DNA of 64,000 bases from an uncultured Gemmatimonadaceae bacterium (GTDB taxonomy: Bacteria > Gemmatimonadota > Gemmatimonadetes > Gemmatimonadales > Gemmatimonadaceae): contig CAWJMB010000002.1 of the NCBI GenBank assembly GCA_963843845.1, positions 2,624,001 to 2,688,000 of the forward strand, in the 5' to 3' direction. Under the pieces are notes generated by a model. The model was given only the letters and a program-made list of their open reading frames with translations. It made no database searches and was not told the DNA's origin. The translations under genes were made by a program, and so were the position numbers. Below, piece by piece: positions 14,932 to 28,158 of this stretch (position 1 is the stretch's first letter; each line of letters opens with the position of its first letter).

Positions 14932-15687
14932 TCAGCGCTTCGTCCCGACGTGGATCGCCGCGATGCCGAAGCGACAGCGACTCCCAGCGCACGTCGCGCG
15001 AAGCCCGCCGCCGTCATGCGCGCCGCGAGCTCCTCCTCGGCCGGGAAGTGCGCGACGGACGCCGGCAGGTAGCTGTACGCCGTCCGGTGCCCGCTGACGA
15101 GCCGACCGACGAGCGGCAGCACGCGATGGAAGTAGAGGTGGTAGCCGGCGCGCACGAGCGCGATGCGCGGCGTCGAGAACTCGAGGATCACGAACCGCGC
15201 GCCCGGGCGCGAGCACGCGCAGCACTTCGCGCAGCGCCGCGTCGAGGTCGGCGACGTTGCGGATGCCGAACGCGACGATCGCCCCGTCGAGCGACGCCGT
15301 CGGCGAGCGGCAGCGCGAGCGCGTCGGCGCCGACCGGCGCGAGCGCGATCGCGCGGCGCCTTCCCCGCGCCGGCGCGCAGCATCGGCTCCGCGAAGTCGG
15401 CGCCGACCACGAGCCCGGCGAACCCGTGCTGTCGCACCAACAGCGCGCCGACGTCCAGCGTTCCCGCGCACAGGTCGAGGTACGTCGCCGGCCGGCCGGC
15501 GCGTCCAGCCGAGCGCCGCGAGCGCGCGCCGGCGCCAGGCGCGGTCGATGTTCAGGCTCAGCACGTGGTTCAGCAGGTCGTAGCGCGGCGCGATCTCCGA
15601 GAAGATGCGCTGCACGTACGCGCGCTTCTCCGCCCCGCCGCGCCGCGGCGCGCGCGCGCGACGTCGGCGCGCCGGTCGTCGAGGCAT
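14932..15687 (-). CDS. ubiE: Demethylmenaquinone methyltransferase UbiE/MenG (frameshifted)
   Basis: VQRIFSEIAPRYDLLNHVLS, AFGIRNV, ILEFSTP, AYSYLPASV; start approximate. Confidence 0.88.
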   Translation of the reverse strand: MPRRPARRRRARAPRRGGAEKRAYVQRIFSEIAPRYDLLNHVLSLNIDRAWRRRALAALGWTRRPAGDVPRPVRGNAGRRRAVGATARVRRARGRRRLRGADAARRRGEGAARSRSRRSAPTRSRCRSPTASLDGAIVAFGIRNVADLDAALREVLRVLAPGRAVRDPRVLDAAHRARARRLPPLLPSRAAARRSARQRAPDGVQLPAGVRRALPGRGGARGAHDGGGLRATCAGSRCRFGIAAIHVGTKR

Positions 15688-15829
15688 CGTGCGAAGTGTC
15701 GGCGCGGCAGGCGGAGCATCCGGCTGCAACGTGTCGCCGCGAACGCTGCAGGATGCCCGCCACGCCGAGTACTCGCGTCGACCGCGTCTGCGCGTCGCAC
15801 GCTGCCCGCGCCGCCGCCAGCCCTCCCGC

Positions 15830-16433
15830 ATGCTCCGAGCTCTCGACCTCGCCAACCTCCCGGATGCCGACGTCGTTCGCCTCGCCCAGGAGGGGCGCGA
15901 GGCGGCGTTCCGGGAGCTGGTGCGGCGCTACGAGCGGCCGGTGTTCTCGCTCGTCTTCCGCATGGTGCGCGACCGCGAGATCGCCGAGGACCTGGCGCAG
16001 GACACGTTCATCAAGGTCCTGAACCACATCGACCGGTACAGCCCGGAGTTCAAGTTCTCGAGCTGGCTGTTCAAGATCGCGAACAACGTCGCGATCGACT
16101 CACCTGCGGCGGAAGACAGCTCGACACCGTGAGCATGGACGGCTCGCCGCACGCCGCGACGGCCGCCGAGGTCGAGGCGACGCGTTCGAGCTCGCGGCGC
16201 AGCAGGAGACCGCGCTCGAGGAGATGGAGGCGCGCGAGCTCGGCTCGGCCATCGAGCGGGCGATCGCCAGGCTGCGGCCCGAGTACCGATCTTGCATCAT
16301 GCTGCGTCATGTGGAGGGGCGGTCGTACGAGGAGATCGCCGCGACGCTCGACCTGCCCCTCGGCACCGTCAAGACCTACATCCACCGCGCGCGCCACGAG
16401 CTGCGCCGCGCGCTGGAGCACCTGCGCGAGTGA
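15830..16433 (+). CDS. ECF RNA polymerase sigma factor (SigW/RpoE-like; frameshifted)
   Basis: AFRELVRRY, AEDLAQDTFIK, FSSWLFKIANN, region 4 SYEEIAATLDLPLGTVKTYIHRAR. Confidence 0.9.
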
Positions 16434-16524
16434 TCCGCGGACGCGTCGCGCTCCGGCGATCTACGGAGTCCGTCCGCCTGAAACCTCCGTCCGTGCCGCG
16501 CGTAGACCCGCGCAGAGGAGACCT

Positions 16525-17123
16525 GTGAACCGACATCTACTTCCCGACGAGATCGACCTGCTGCTCGACGGCGAGGCCGGATTCGGCGTCGCGCCGCTGC
16601 GGGCGCACGTCCGCGAGCTGCGCCGAGTGCGCCGCCGAGCTCGACGACGGCCCGGCGCGCTCGTCGCCGAGCTCGAGGCGCTGCCGCATTTCGCGCCGTC
16701 GCCGCTCTTCGCCGACCGGGTGATGCAGCAGGTGCAGGTGTTCGAGCCCTGGCACGTCGCCGCTGCTCGACACGGCCCGGCGCTTCGTTCCGCAGTCGCG
16801 CCCGGCGCGCGTGCTCGCGGCCGCCGGCGCCTTCTCGGTCGCCTCGCTGCTGACGCTCGCTCCTGCTCTGGGTCGGCGCCCGCGTCGACATCCTCACGAT
16901 GCTCGGCGGCTCGGCGCTCGATCGCGCGCAGGCGGCGCCCTCTCGGCACTCGGCGACGCGGTCGCCGTCGGCGCTCGGCGACCCGGCCGCCGGGCTGCTC
17001 CAGAGCGGACCGGGCGTCGCGCTCGCTCGCGACCGACGTTCGTCGTCGCCATCGTGCTCGCCGCGGCCGGGCTCCGCGCGGCCGCGCGACGGCGCTCGGC
17101 AGCGCGTGCGGCGTGGCCGATGC
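16525..17123 (+). CDS. Putative membrane anti-sigma factor (zinc-binding HxxxCxxC type; frameshifted)
   Basis: GAGGAG SD before GTG; 'HLLPDEIDLLLDGE...LRAHVRE' then Cys codons across a frameshift; downstream hydrophobic segments; follows the ECF sigma. Confidence 0.6.
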
Positions 17124-18290
17124 GCCGCCTCGCTCGTCGCCGCTCCGCTCGCCGCTCGTCGCACTCCTCGCCGCGGCCGTCGCCCCGCTCGCCGCGTGCG
17201 CCGCCGGCGACCGCGGCCCCGGCCGCAGGCGACGGCGCCGCGGCGCCCCCGCCACGGCGGCGCTCGTCGTTCCCGCCGGCGCGCGCAGCGTCGGAGTCGT
17301 CGTCCTCCGCGGCCCGGTCGACGTCTACGGCACGGTCGACGGCGACGTCATGGCGGTCTCCGGCGACGTCACCGTCCACCCGGGCGGCCGGGTCACCGGC
17401 GACGTCGACTCGGCGTTCGGCAAGGTGCGCGTGCTGCCGGCGGACGCGTCGCGGCGCCACGTCGCTCGATGGCGGGACGCGCCGAGGCCGCGCCGCCCAC
17501 GCCGTCACGCCCGTCGCGCCGACCGTCGCGGACACGTGGCACGCCGTGAAGCTCGTGCTCGGCTGGCTCACGGTGCTGCTCGTCATCGGGCTCGGCGTGC
17601 TCGTGACCGCGAGCCCGTATCTCGACGGCGTCGCCGAGGCGTTCGAGGGGAGCTTCGCCCGGGCGCTCGGCGTCGGGCATCGTCGGGCAGATGCTCGTCG
17701 CTGCCGGCGCTGCTCGTGCTCGTCGTGGCGCTCGCGCTCACCGTCGTCGGCGTGCTCGCCATTCCGCTGGCGATCGTCGGCGTTCGTGATCGCCGTCGCC
17801 GGCCTGCTCACGCTCGGCTTCCTCGCCGTGGCGTTCGTGACCGGCCGGTCGCTCGTCGGCGGCGAGCGCGGTCCGACCCGCCGCCGTGCCGCGTCGGCCC
17901 GCGGCGAGGCGCTCGCGCGCTCGCCGTCGGCTCGCGGTCTACCTGTCGCTGTGGCTCGCCGCGGCTGCGCTGACCGCCGTGCCGGCGGTCGCGGTCGTCG
18001 CTCCGCACCGTGGCGCTCGCGGCGACCTGGGTCGCCGCCACCGCCGGATTCGGCGCCGCGCTCATCTCGCGCGCCGGCACGCGCTCCGAGGCCGCCGCGC
18101 GGCCGCGCGCGATGCGCGAGTGCCGCGGCCGCCGAGCCGACGCCCGTACCGGTCGCGGCGTCCCGGGTGGCAGACCCCGACGCCCGTCCACGGCGTCGTC
18201 GCCGCGCGCCGGCCCCGGCATCCCGCACGCGCGGCGGGCCGGCGCCGGTGACGGCGCTGCGCCGGCGGCGGTCCGGCGCCGCTCGGAGTG
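17120..18290 (+). CDS. Membrane protein with bactofilin/polymer-forming beta-helix repeats and C-terminal TM helices (frameshifted)
   Basis: VVVLRGPVDVYGTVDGDVMAVSGDVTVHPGGRVTGDV followed by several hydrophobic helices. Confidence 0.6.
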
Positions 18291-18372
18291 AGCCGAGCGA
18301 CCAGCGCCCACTCGACTTGCTGGCCCGTCGCTTGCCCATCCGATGGCACCGCCGCAACCATCGGAGCATCCG

Positions 18373-19360
18373 ATGATCGTCAAGGGATACCGAGTCGGGC
18401 CGCTGCTGAAGAAGACCGCGAGCGAGGTGATCGACGACAACGTGCTCGGCCTCGCCGCGCAGATCGCGTACTACTTCTTCTTCTCGCTCTTCCCGATCTT
18501 CCTCTTCCTCGCGCCGCTGCTCGCGCTCGTCGGCGACAAGCGCGAGACGTTCGCGTGTCCTGCTGAGCCAGCTCGCGCGCGCGGTCCCGGCGGAGAGCGT
18601 TCGCCGCTCGTGCAGAGCGTCGTCGAGGAGGTGGTCTTCGCACCGAGCGCGCCGGGGCTCGTGTCGGTCGGCGCGCTGCTCGCCCTGTGGTCGGGGTCGA
18701 GCGTGTTCAGCAACCTCATGGGCGCGCTGAACACCGCGTACGACTGCGACAAGGACTAGCGGCCGTGGTGGAAGCGGCAGCTGATCGCGATCGCGCTGCG
18801 CTGATCGGCATCGGCGGGCTGTTCGTCCTCGCGACGATCGTCATGCTCGCCGGCGGCAACATCGTCGACAAGGCTCGCCGACTTCCTCGCGGATCGGCGT
18901 CGCGGGGCGGATCGTCTGGACGGTCGCTGCAGTACGGCTCGCGCTCGGGATCCTCGTCGTCACGGCGTGGGCCGTGTTCTACTTCCTGCCCGAACGTGCG
19001 GCAGAACAAGTGGCACGCGCTCGCCGGCGCCCTGCTCGCGACGTCGCTCTGGCTCGATCGTCACGCTCGGCTTCCGCTTCTACGTCCAGAACTTCGGCAG
19101 CTACAACAAGACGTACGGCAGCATCGGCGCGCGTGATCGTGCTGCTCACGTGGATGTATCTGTCGATGGTCGCGCTGCTCACCGGCGGCGAGCTCGCCTC
19201 GGAGCTGCACCACGGCACGGGGGCGATGCGCACCCGCGTCGGCCACCTCTACAACGGGCGCATCTCCGACGGCGGCGAGGTGGCTCGGCCGTCGGTCGAG
19301 CAGGTGCACCGTCGTACCGTCCCGCCATCGCGCGGCGTGACGGTCCCGAGCGCAGCCTGA
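18373..19360 (+). CDS. YihY/virulence factor BrkB family membrane protein (frameshifted)
   Basis: DDNVLGLAAQIAYYFFFSLFP, ALNTAYD, YVQNFGSYNKTYGSIG, LLTWMYLS...GGEL. Confidence 0.88.
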
Positions 19361-19369
19361 CGGACGCCC

Positions 19370-20151
19370 TAGCGTACCGGCGAGCCGGTCGCGCGGAGCA
19401 CCACGGGCGATGCCGCGCGCGAAGCCCGAGGCGCCGCCGCGCTGCCGTCGCGGACGCGCGATCTCGATCAGCCCATTGGAGCCGGCGAGCGCGACGAGGC
19501 GCGCCCGGCTCGCCACGTCCGGGTACGACGCGGACGCAGCGCGCAGCGTCCGATCGTCGATCACCAGCCTCGACGGCGCCGCGTGCGATGCAGGTTGGTG
19601 ATCGCGTTGCCGAACCGGTCGACCGCGATCACCTCGCCGCGCGATCGCGCCGTCGGGCAGCCGCCGCGCCTCCGGCGTCCGCCGGACGATCGGCGCGTCG
19701 TATCGGCGCGCCTAACGCCTCGATCGCGTCACGCCGCGAGCAGTCGCGCCGCGGCCGGCGCGAACACGTCGCGGCCGTGAAAGGTCGGCGAGGCGTGCGC
19801 CGGGACCGGCAGCGCGACCGACGCGCGCGCCCGGCGACGAGCAGCGCCGGCGACAGCACGCCGTTGTCCGGCCCGACGAGCAAGCGTCCATCGCTCGCGA
19901 CCGCGAGCGCCGCGCGCGCCGAGCCGACGCCCGGATCGACGACCGCGAGGTGCACCGTGCCCGGCGGGAAGCCGGCGCCAGTAGCGCGCGAGCGCGAGCC
20001 GGCCCGCACTCGACGTCGTGCGCCGGCAGCGTCGTGCGAGACGTCGACGAGCGTGCGCGTCCGGGGCGGCGCTCAGGATGACGCCCTTCATCTCCGCGAC
20101 GTAGCCGTCGGCCGTGCCGAAGTCGGTGAGCAGGGTGACGAGCGGTCGCAT
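19370..20151 (-). CDS. SAM hydrolase / SAM-dependent halogenase family (DUF62) (frameshifted)
   Basis: VTLLTDFGTADGYVAEMKGVI, FPPGTVHLAVVDPGVGSAR, VGPDNG, TFHGRDVFAP, GSNGLIEIA; 3' end approximate. Confidence 0.88.
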
Positions 20152-20163
20152 GACGGTCGAGGG

Positions 20164-21566
20164 TCAGACGCGTGGCGCGCTTCCACCGCCCGCTACGCCA
20201 GAGCGACGATCATCGCCAGCGCCGCGGCCGCCGTCGCGCGTCGAGCGCGATCGTCCACCAGAGCCCGACTCGTCCCCAACCGCGCGCGGCCCACGCCGCG
20301 AGCGGAATGCGCGCGCGTCGTCAGCGCGGTCGAGTCGACCATCGGCGCGAGCGTATGCCCTGCCCCGCCGAGCGCCCCTTCGAGCACGACCTCGGCGCAG
20401 ACCAGGAGCTGCGAGACCGCGGCGATGCGCAGGTAGCTGCGCCGTCTGCGCGATCACGTCCGCGTCGCGCGTGAAGACGCCCGCCGCCCACCCGGGCGCG
20501 AGCGAGCGCGATCGCCGCGACAGCTACCGCCGGCAGCGTGCAGTAGCCGAGCATCAACCAGCCGGCGCGCGCTGCGCGGTCGACGTGGCCGGCGCCGAGG
20601 TTCTGCCCGACGATCGCCGCCGCGGCCGCGCCGAAGCCGACGCCGATCATGTACAGCCAGCTCTCGACGCGGAAGCCGAGGCCCGAGCGCGGCGAGCGTC
20701 GCGCGTGCCGAACGGCGACGCGGTGCGCGCGACCACGACGTAGACGAGGCTGAACAGCACGCCGGTCGCCGCGGTCGGCAGCCCGATGCGCGCGACCTGC
20801 GCGCAGCACGACGGGCTCGGCCGCCGACCACGCGAGCAGCCCGCGTCGGGTCGCAGCACGACGAGTCCGACGACGAATGCGAGCGCTGCGCGTGGCGACC
20901 GGTCGCGAGCGCGGCGCCGGCGAATCCCGAGCGCGGGGCATCGGCCCGAGCGCCGAGGATGAGCAGCGGATCGAGCACGAGCGCGACGCCGACGGCGACG
21001 CGCGAGGATGACGAGCGGCGTGCGCGTGTCGCCCGAGGCGCGGAACGCCGCGTCGACGACGAAGTATCCGAACAGCACCGGTGCCGCGAGCAGATACAGC
21101 GCCGAGGTATCGCGCGCCCTCGTCCGCTACGGCATCGGCGGCGCGTCCATCATGGCGAGCATCCCGTGCGCACCCGAGGCGGCCGGCGACGGCGATCGCG
21201 CCGCCCAACACCAGCGCGAGCACGAGCGCGTCGCCGTCGTCCGGCGCGCCGCGGTCGGCGGGGTCACGCTCGCCGTGCCGTCGTGCCGCGACCGCCGTCA
21301 GCCCGATGCTCACCATCTCGGCGACCGAGATCGCCCATCCAGACCCAGAAGATCGCCGCGGTCACCGCGGCGAGCGACGTCGCGCCGAGGCGCGTGCCGA
21401 TCCAGTACGCGTCGACCGCGAGGAACACCGTCATCAGCAGGTTGGACGCGACCGCCGGCAGCGCGACGCGGGCCATGAGCCGTTGGAGCGGCTCGGTCGT
21501 CAGCGAAGGGCGCCGGCGCAGCTCCGCGAGCGGCGACGGAACCCCGCCGTCGCGCTCCTCGATCAT
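20164..21566 (-). CDS. MATE family efflux transporter (frameshifted)
   Basis: VALPAVASNLL...VDAYWIG, FRASGDTRTP, VGQNLGAG; multiple TM segments. Confidence 0.85.
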
Positions 21567-21609
21567 CTACGCGCGCCGCGCCCGCGAGTGCGCGCCGCGC
21601 GACGCACCG

Positions 21610-22756
21610 TCAGTGCGCCGCGACCTGCTCGACGTCCGGTCCGCGATCGTCGTCAGCGCCCGCGCGGCCGCCGACGTTCGGCTCGGCGACGACGATCGGG
21701 CGGCCCGTGTCTCCGCCCTCCACGATGCGCGGGTCGAGCGGGATCTGGCCGAGCAGCGGCACGCCGACCTCGTCGGCGAGCGCCTGCCCGCCGCCGCGAG
21801 CCGAACACGGCGATCGGCTTGCCCGGTCTCGGGGTTCTCGAGGTAGCTCATGTTCTCGACGATGCCGAGCACCGGCACGCCGACGCGCTCGAACATCTTC
21901 ACGCCGCGCAGCGCGTCGCCGACCGCGACCTGCTGCGGCGTGGTGACGATGAGCGCGCCGTGGACGTGCGTCGCCTGCACGAGCGAGAGCTGCGCGTCGC
22001 CGGTGCCCGGCGGCATGTCGACGATGAGGTAGTCGAGCTCGCCCCCACGCGACGTCGCGCAGGAACTGCGTGATGACCTTCATGACGATCGGCCCGCGCC
22101 AGATCGCGGGCTGGTCGCGCTCGATGAGGAAGCCGATGCTCATGACCTTCACGCCGTGCGCCTCGAGCGGCTGGATCTTCTCGTCGCGCACCGGCGGCGG
22201 CTCGTCCACGCCGAGCATGCGCGGGAGGTTCGGGCCGTACACGTCGGCGTCCATGATGCCGACGCGCGCGCCCTTCTTCGCGAGCGCGATCGCGAGGTTG
22301 ACGGCGACGGTCGACTTGCCGACGCCGCCCTTGCCGCTCGACACGGCGATGATGCGGCCGAGCTTCGGATACTCACCGGCGTCGGCGCCGCGGCTGCGGC
22401 GCGCGCGCGGGCGCCGCGTCCATCACCGGGAGCGCGCGCCGCGGCGCGGGGCGCGGCGCCGACGCGCGCGCCTGGTTCGCGCGCTCGCTGGTCGCCGCGC
22501 GCCGCCTCGTACTGCGCCGGGTCCATCACGTCGACGCGCACGTCGGACACGCCGGCGAGCCCTCGACGGCCTGCCGCACGTCACGCACGAGCGTCGCGTC
22601 GTCGTCCGCGGCGAGCACGAGCGTGAGGCGCACGCGCCCGTCGGTCGTCGTCGCGACGTCGCGCACGACGTCCGCCTTGATGAGGTCCGTGCCGAGGCGC
22701 GGATGCCGGATGCCGTGCAGCGCGAAGTGGATGCGCTGAAGAAGATTGTCTGCCAT
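21610..22756 (-). CDS. Mrp/NBP35 (ApbC) Fe-S carrier ATPase (frameshifted)
   Basis: [51 protein letters not shown]. Confidence 0.92.
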
Positions 22757-22796
22757 GCTCGAAATCGTACACGCTCACCCGGTCGCCGCGTCGGCG

Positions 22797-23816
22797 TTAG
22801 GCATCCCGTCCAGGTACGCCCGCGACGCGTCGAGCTACCCGCCGAACCACCGTGTCGAGCCCCACCGCGACGAGCGCCCCCGACGCCTTCGCGTGCCCGC
22901 CGCCGCCGAACTGCCGCGCGAGCGCGTTCACGTCGACGGCACCCGTGCTGCGGAACGACACCTTCACCTTGCCGTGCCCCAGGTCGCGGAAGAACAGCGC
23001 GAGGCGCGTCCCGGCGATCGAGCGCGGGTGCTCGACGATGCCGTCGAGATCCTCGGAGCGGACGCCGTGACGCTCCATCGCGTCCGACGGCACCGAGATC
23101 CACGCGAGCCCGCGCGCAGGGTCGACGTCGAGCGTGCCTAACGCCTCGCGCAGCAGCGACAGCTTGCCGACCGGCATCGACGCGTAGATGCGGCGGTACA
23201 TCTCCTCCGGGTCGACGCCGGTCGCGAGCAGCTGCGCCGGCGACCGCGTGGCAGCGCGGCGACGTGTTGCTGAAGCGAAATCCCCCTGTGTCGGTGAGGA
23301 TCGCCGCGTAGAGCGCGACGCCCACCGCGGGCGTCAGCTCGAGGTCGAGCGTCGCGCGCGAAGTCGTAGATCAGCTCGCCCGTGGCGCACGCCGTCGTGT
23401 CGCTCACGATCGATGTCGCCCGCCGGCTCGTCGGCCGCGATGTGGTGATCGATCACGAGCTCGCGGCACGCGCAGCGACCGCGCCACGTCGGCGAGGTTG
23501 CCAAGGCGCTTGACGTCGCTGATGTCGAGCACGAGGAGCGCGTCGATGCCGCGGCAGCGCCGACCCGCCGTGCCGGGAGTCGTCACGCACCCCGTCGAGG
23601 AGGAAGGCGTACATCTCCGGCCACGGCGTCGGGTTCACGATGCGCGCCTCGACATCCATCTGCCGTAGCAGATGCGCCATCGCGGCCTCGGAGCCGCACC
23701 CGTCGCCGTCGGCGTTGATGTGGGTCGACAGCGCGACACGCATGCCGGGCTCGAAGCTGCGCGCCTAACGTTCGGAGCGCATCGGCACGGTGCGGCGGAA
23801 CGGCGAGGAGGTCCAT
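22797..23816 (-). CDS. DHH/DHHA1 phosphoesterase (NrnA-like nanoRNase/pAp phosphatase; frameshifted)
   Basis: THINADGDGCGS, ILTDTGGFRFSNT, VKVSFRS, FGGGGHAKASG. Confidence 0.88.
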
Positions 23817-23925
23817 CGGCGCTGTCTGCGACTTTGGATCGTTCATGTGGACAGAAGGAACAGATGGAGCAGCCGAAGGGCAACTGTTCAGGAACGCGGC
23901 GTGTTGCTTCACCCCTGCTGTCCAC

Positions 23926-23964
23926 ACGAAGAAGCCGCCGAGACGATCGACTCGTCTCGGCGGC
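23926..23964 (-). terminator. Probable intrinsic terminator after the amino acid permease
   Basis: 13-bp perfect stem GCCGCCGAGACGA/TCGTCTCGGCGGC with a 5-nt loop, followed on the minus strand by TTCTTC; 20 nt past the permease stop. Confidence 0.65.
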
Positions 23965-23984
23965 CTTCGTCAGCGTACGTGGGG

Positions 23985-25454
23985 TCAGTCGCCGGCGTAG
24001 CCCGGACGCCCGTTCCCGATGCGCGAGTGCGACTTGCCGTAGAGGAAGTAGATCACGAGCCCGATCACGAGCCAGATCACGAGCCGAATCTGCGTCGCGC
24101 CCGGAAGTCCCAGGACGAGGTAGCCGCACGTGAGGATGCCGAGGATCGGCACCGCCGGCACGAACGGCGTCTTGAACGGGCGATTCAGATTCGGGCTCTT
24201 GTAGCGCAGCACGAGCACGCCGGCGCTGACGACGATGAATGCGAACAGCGTCCCGATCGAGACCAGCTCGCCGAGCAGGTCGATCGGCAGGAGTCCGGCG
24301 CCGACCGCCGCGAGGACGCCCGTGAGGATCGTCGTCACGTACGGCGTGCGGAACTTCGGGTGGACCTTCCCGAACACCGGCGGCAGGAGCCCGTCGCGCG
24401 ACATCGAGTAGAAGATGCGCGGCTGGCCCATGAGCATCACGAGCACCACCGAGGCGAGACCCATGATCGCGCCGATGTCGACGAGGTAGTTCAGCCACGC
24501 GAGCTGCGGCACGCGGGCGAGCGCGACGTCGACCGGGTGCGGCACGTTGAGCTGCGCGTACGGCACGAGTCCCGTCATGACGAGCGACATCAGGATGTAG
24601 AGCACCGTGCAGAACGCCAGCGAGCCGAGCATCCCGATCGGCATGTCGCGCTGCGGGTTCTTGGCCTCCTGTGCCGCCGTGCTGACGGCGTCGAACCCGA
24701 TGTAGGCGAAGAACACGACGCCGGCCGCGCGGACGATGCCGTCCCAGCCGAACTGCCCAGGACCCTGCGCCGGCGGGATGAACGGCTTCCAGTTCGCCGT
24801 GTCGACGTACATGAAGCCGAAGCCGATCACGAGCAGCACGATCGCGACCTTCACGAAGACGATCACGTTGTTGAACCGCGCCGACTCCTTGATCCCGACG
24901 ACCAGGAGCGCCGTCATGAGGAGCGTCAGCACCATCGCCGGAATGTTGACCATCCCGCCGGGCACCCGCTGGATCGTCTCCGTCTGCGAGTTCCAGACGA
25001 GCGGTGCGGTCGTCAGCGAGTCAGGGAGGATGACGCCGAGCTTCCCCATGAAGGCCTTGAAGTAGCCCGACCAGCCGACCGCCACGGTCGATGCGCCGAC
25101 CAGGTACTCGAGAATGAGATCCCACCCGATGATCCACGCGATGAGCTCGCCGAGCGTCGCGTAGGCGTAGGTGTACGCACTGCCGGCGACGGGAATCATC
25201 GACGCGAACTCCGCATAGCAGAGTCCGGCGAACAGACATCCGAGCCCGGCGAGCACGAACGCGAGCACGACCGCTGGCCCCGCGTACTGGGCCGCAGCGG
25301 AGCCGGTGAGCACGAAGATCCCCGCGCCGATGATGGCACCGATGCCGAGCATGACGAGGTTCGTCGCGGTCAGCGTGCGTCTCAGCGTGTTGTGCCCTTC
25401 CTCGCCAGCCTCCGACTGGATCAGCTCGATGTTCTTCGTCGAAAACAACGCCAT
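23985..25454 (-). CDS. APC-family amino acid permease
   Basis: LGIGAIIGAGIF, YAEFASMIPVAGSAYTY, FFAYIGFDAVSTAAQE, SRDGLLP; intact ORF. Confidence 0.93.
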   Translation of the reverse strand: MALFSTKNIELIQSEAGEEGHNTLRRTLTATNLVMLGIGAIIGAGIFVLTGSAAAQYAGPAVVLAFVLAGLGCLFAGLCYAEFASMIPVAGSAYTYAYATLGELIAWIIGWDLILEYLVGASTVAVGWSGYFKAFMGKLGVILPDSLTTAPLVWNSQTETIQRVPGGMVNIPAMVLTLLMTALLVVGIKESARFNNVIVFVKVAIVLLVIGFGFMYVDTANWKPFIPPAQGPGQFGWDGIVRAAGVVFFAYIGFDAVSTAAQEAKNPQRDMPIGMLGSLAFCTVLYILMSLVMTGLVPYAQLNVPHPVDVALARVPQLAWLNYLVDIGAIMGLASVVLVMLMGQPRIFYSMSRDGLLPPVFGKVHPKFRTPYVTTILTGVLAAVGAGLLPIDLLGELVSIGTLFAFIVVSAGVLVLRYKSPNLNRPFKTPFVPAVPILGILTCGYLVLGLPGATQIRLVIWLVIGLVIYFLYGKSHSRIGNGRPGYAGD

Positions 25455-25599
25455 GAGGGGGTCTCTCTGAGGTGGGCGGGCGGGAGGAACCGAACGCGGC
25501 AAACTGCCGCGGCTGCTCGAACGTTGTCAATACGCGCGCGTTCGGACGAGGCACCGGATGTCAGCGTCGGGTCAGGGCGGACCTCGACCCGGCAGGGCA

Positions 25600-27198
<1,599 letters not shown>

Positions 27199-27229
27199 TC
27201 AAGCCGAACGCGCCGTCCGAGTCACCGGC

Positions 27230-28000
27230 TCACGCGGCGCGACGACGGCGCGCGATACCGCCGAGTGCGAGCAGACCGCCGCCGAGGAGCGCGATCGTTG
27301 CCGGCTCGGGCACGCTGGCGACGGCCGGCCTGACGTCGTACGCCGCGTCCATGAAGCCGCTGTTGTCGCCGTAGCAGCTCGGCCCGCCGGAGAAGCCACA
27401 GGCGTCGGCGATACCGAGGTACAGGCGCGTGGCCGCGTCGGGAACGGCGAACATCTGCACGATGCCGCTCTGCGCCTGACCGAAGTTCTGGTCGGTGGTC
27501 CGTCCGTCGCCGACGAAGAAGACCTGATTGAGGCCGATGGGACCGTACGACAGCCGGTTGAGCGCACCGGCGGCCGAGTAGTCGATGCCGGCCGGGGGCA
27601 TCCCCGCCGGGACGTTCGCGTCGAGGAAGACGCCGACGAGGGTCATGGAGCGCCCGGGCGTCACCAGCGACGAGATGCTGCCGGACGCCGCGATGTTGGC
27701 CGGCCCGACGCAGATGCCACCGCTGCTGTTGAAACCGTCTGCCGAGAACCCGGCGCCGCCGACGCACGACCAGCCGGCAGCGCTCCCGACCGAGCTGAAC
27801 GTGAGAACGCGATTCATCCCCGCGGTCAGCGCGATCGCGGTCGGCGCGACGCCGTCACCGCCGCCGGCGTTCCCCCCTGCGAGGTAGATGTTCGCCAATG
27901 CACTGACGTTCGCGATCCCGGACTGCGCGAGCGCCGGTCCGCTCGCCGTGACGAGGGCGCTTCCCACGAATGCGACTGCGGCTACGAGTCTGCGGTGCAT
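27230..28000 (-). CDS. PEP-CTERM sorting domain protein
   Basis: N-terminal signal peptide; C-terminus VPEPATIALLGGGLLALGGIARRRRAA. Confidence 0.9.
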   Translation of the reverse strand: MHRRLVAAVAFVGSALVTASGPALAQSGIANVSALANIYLAGGNAGGGDGVAPTAIALTAGMNRVLTFSSVGSAAGWSCVGGAGFSADGFNSSGGICVGPANIAASGSISSLVTPGRSMTLVGVFLDANVPAGMPPAGIDYSAAGALNRLSYGPIGLNQVFFVGDGRTTDQNFGQAQSGIVQMFAVPDAATRLYLGIADACGFSGGPSCYGDNSGFMDAAYDVRPAVASVPEPATIALLGGGLLALGGIARRRRAA

Positions 28001-28158
28001 GACCAGTCTCCAGAGCCAGATGTGCTCGAGGCCACGTGCAACGCCGGAATTCCCGGCGCCCCACTATGCACCGCACAGCTCGCCAGGGAAAGAGTGCGCC
28101 GACTCCACGACGGCGGTCGGAGTCGATACGTTCTCCGTCGCCTCGCCGCCCGCCGGCC

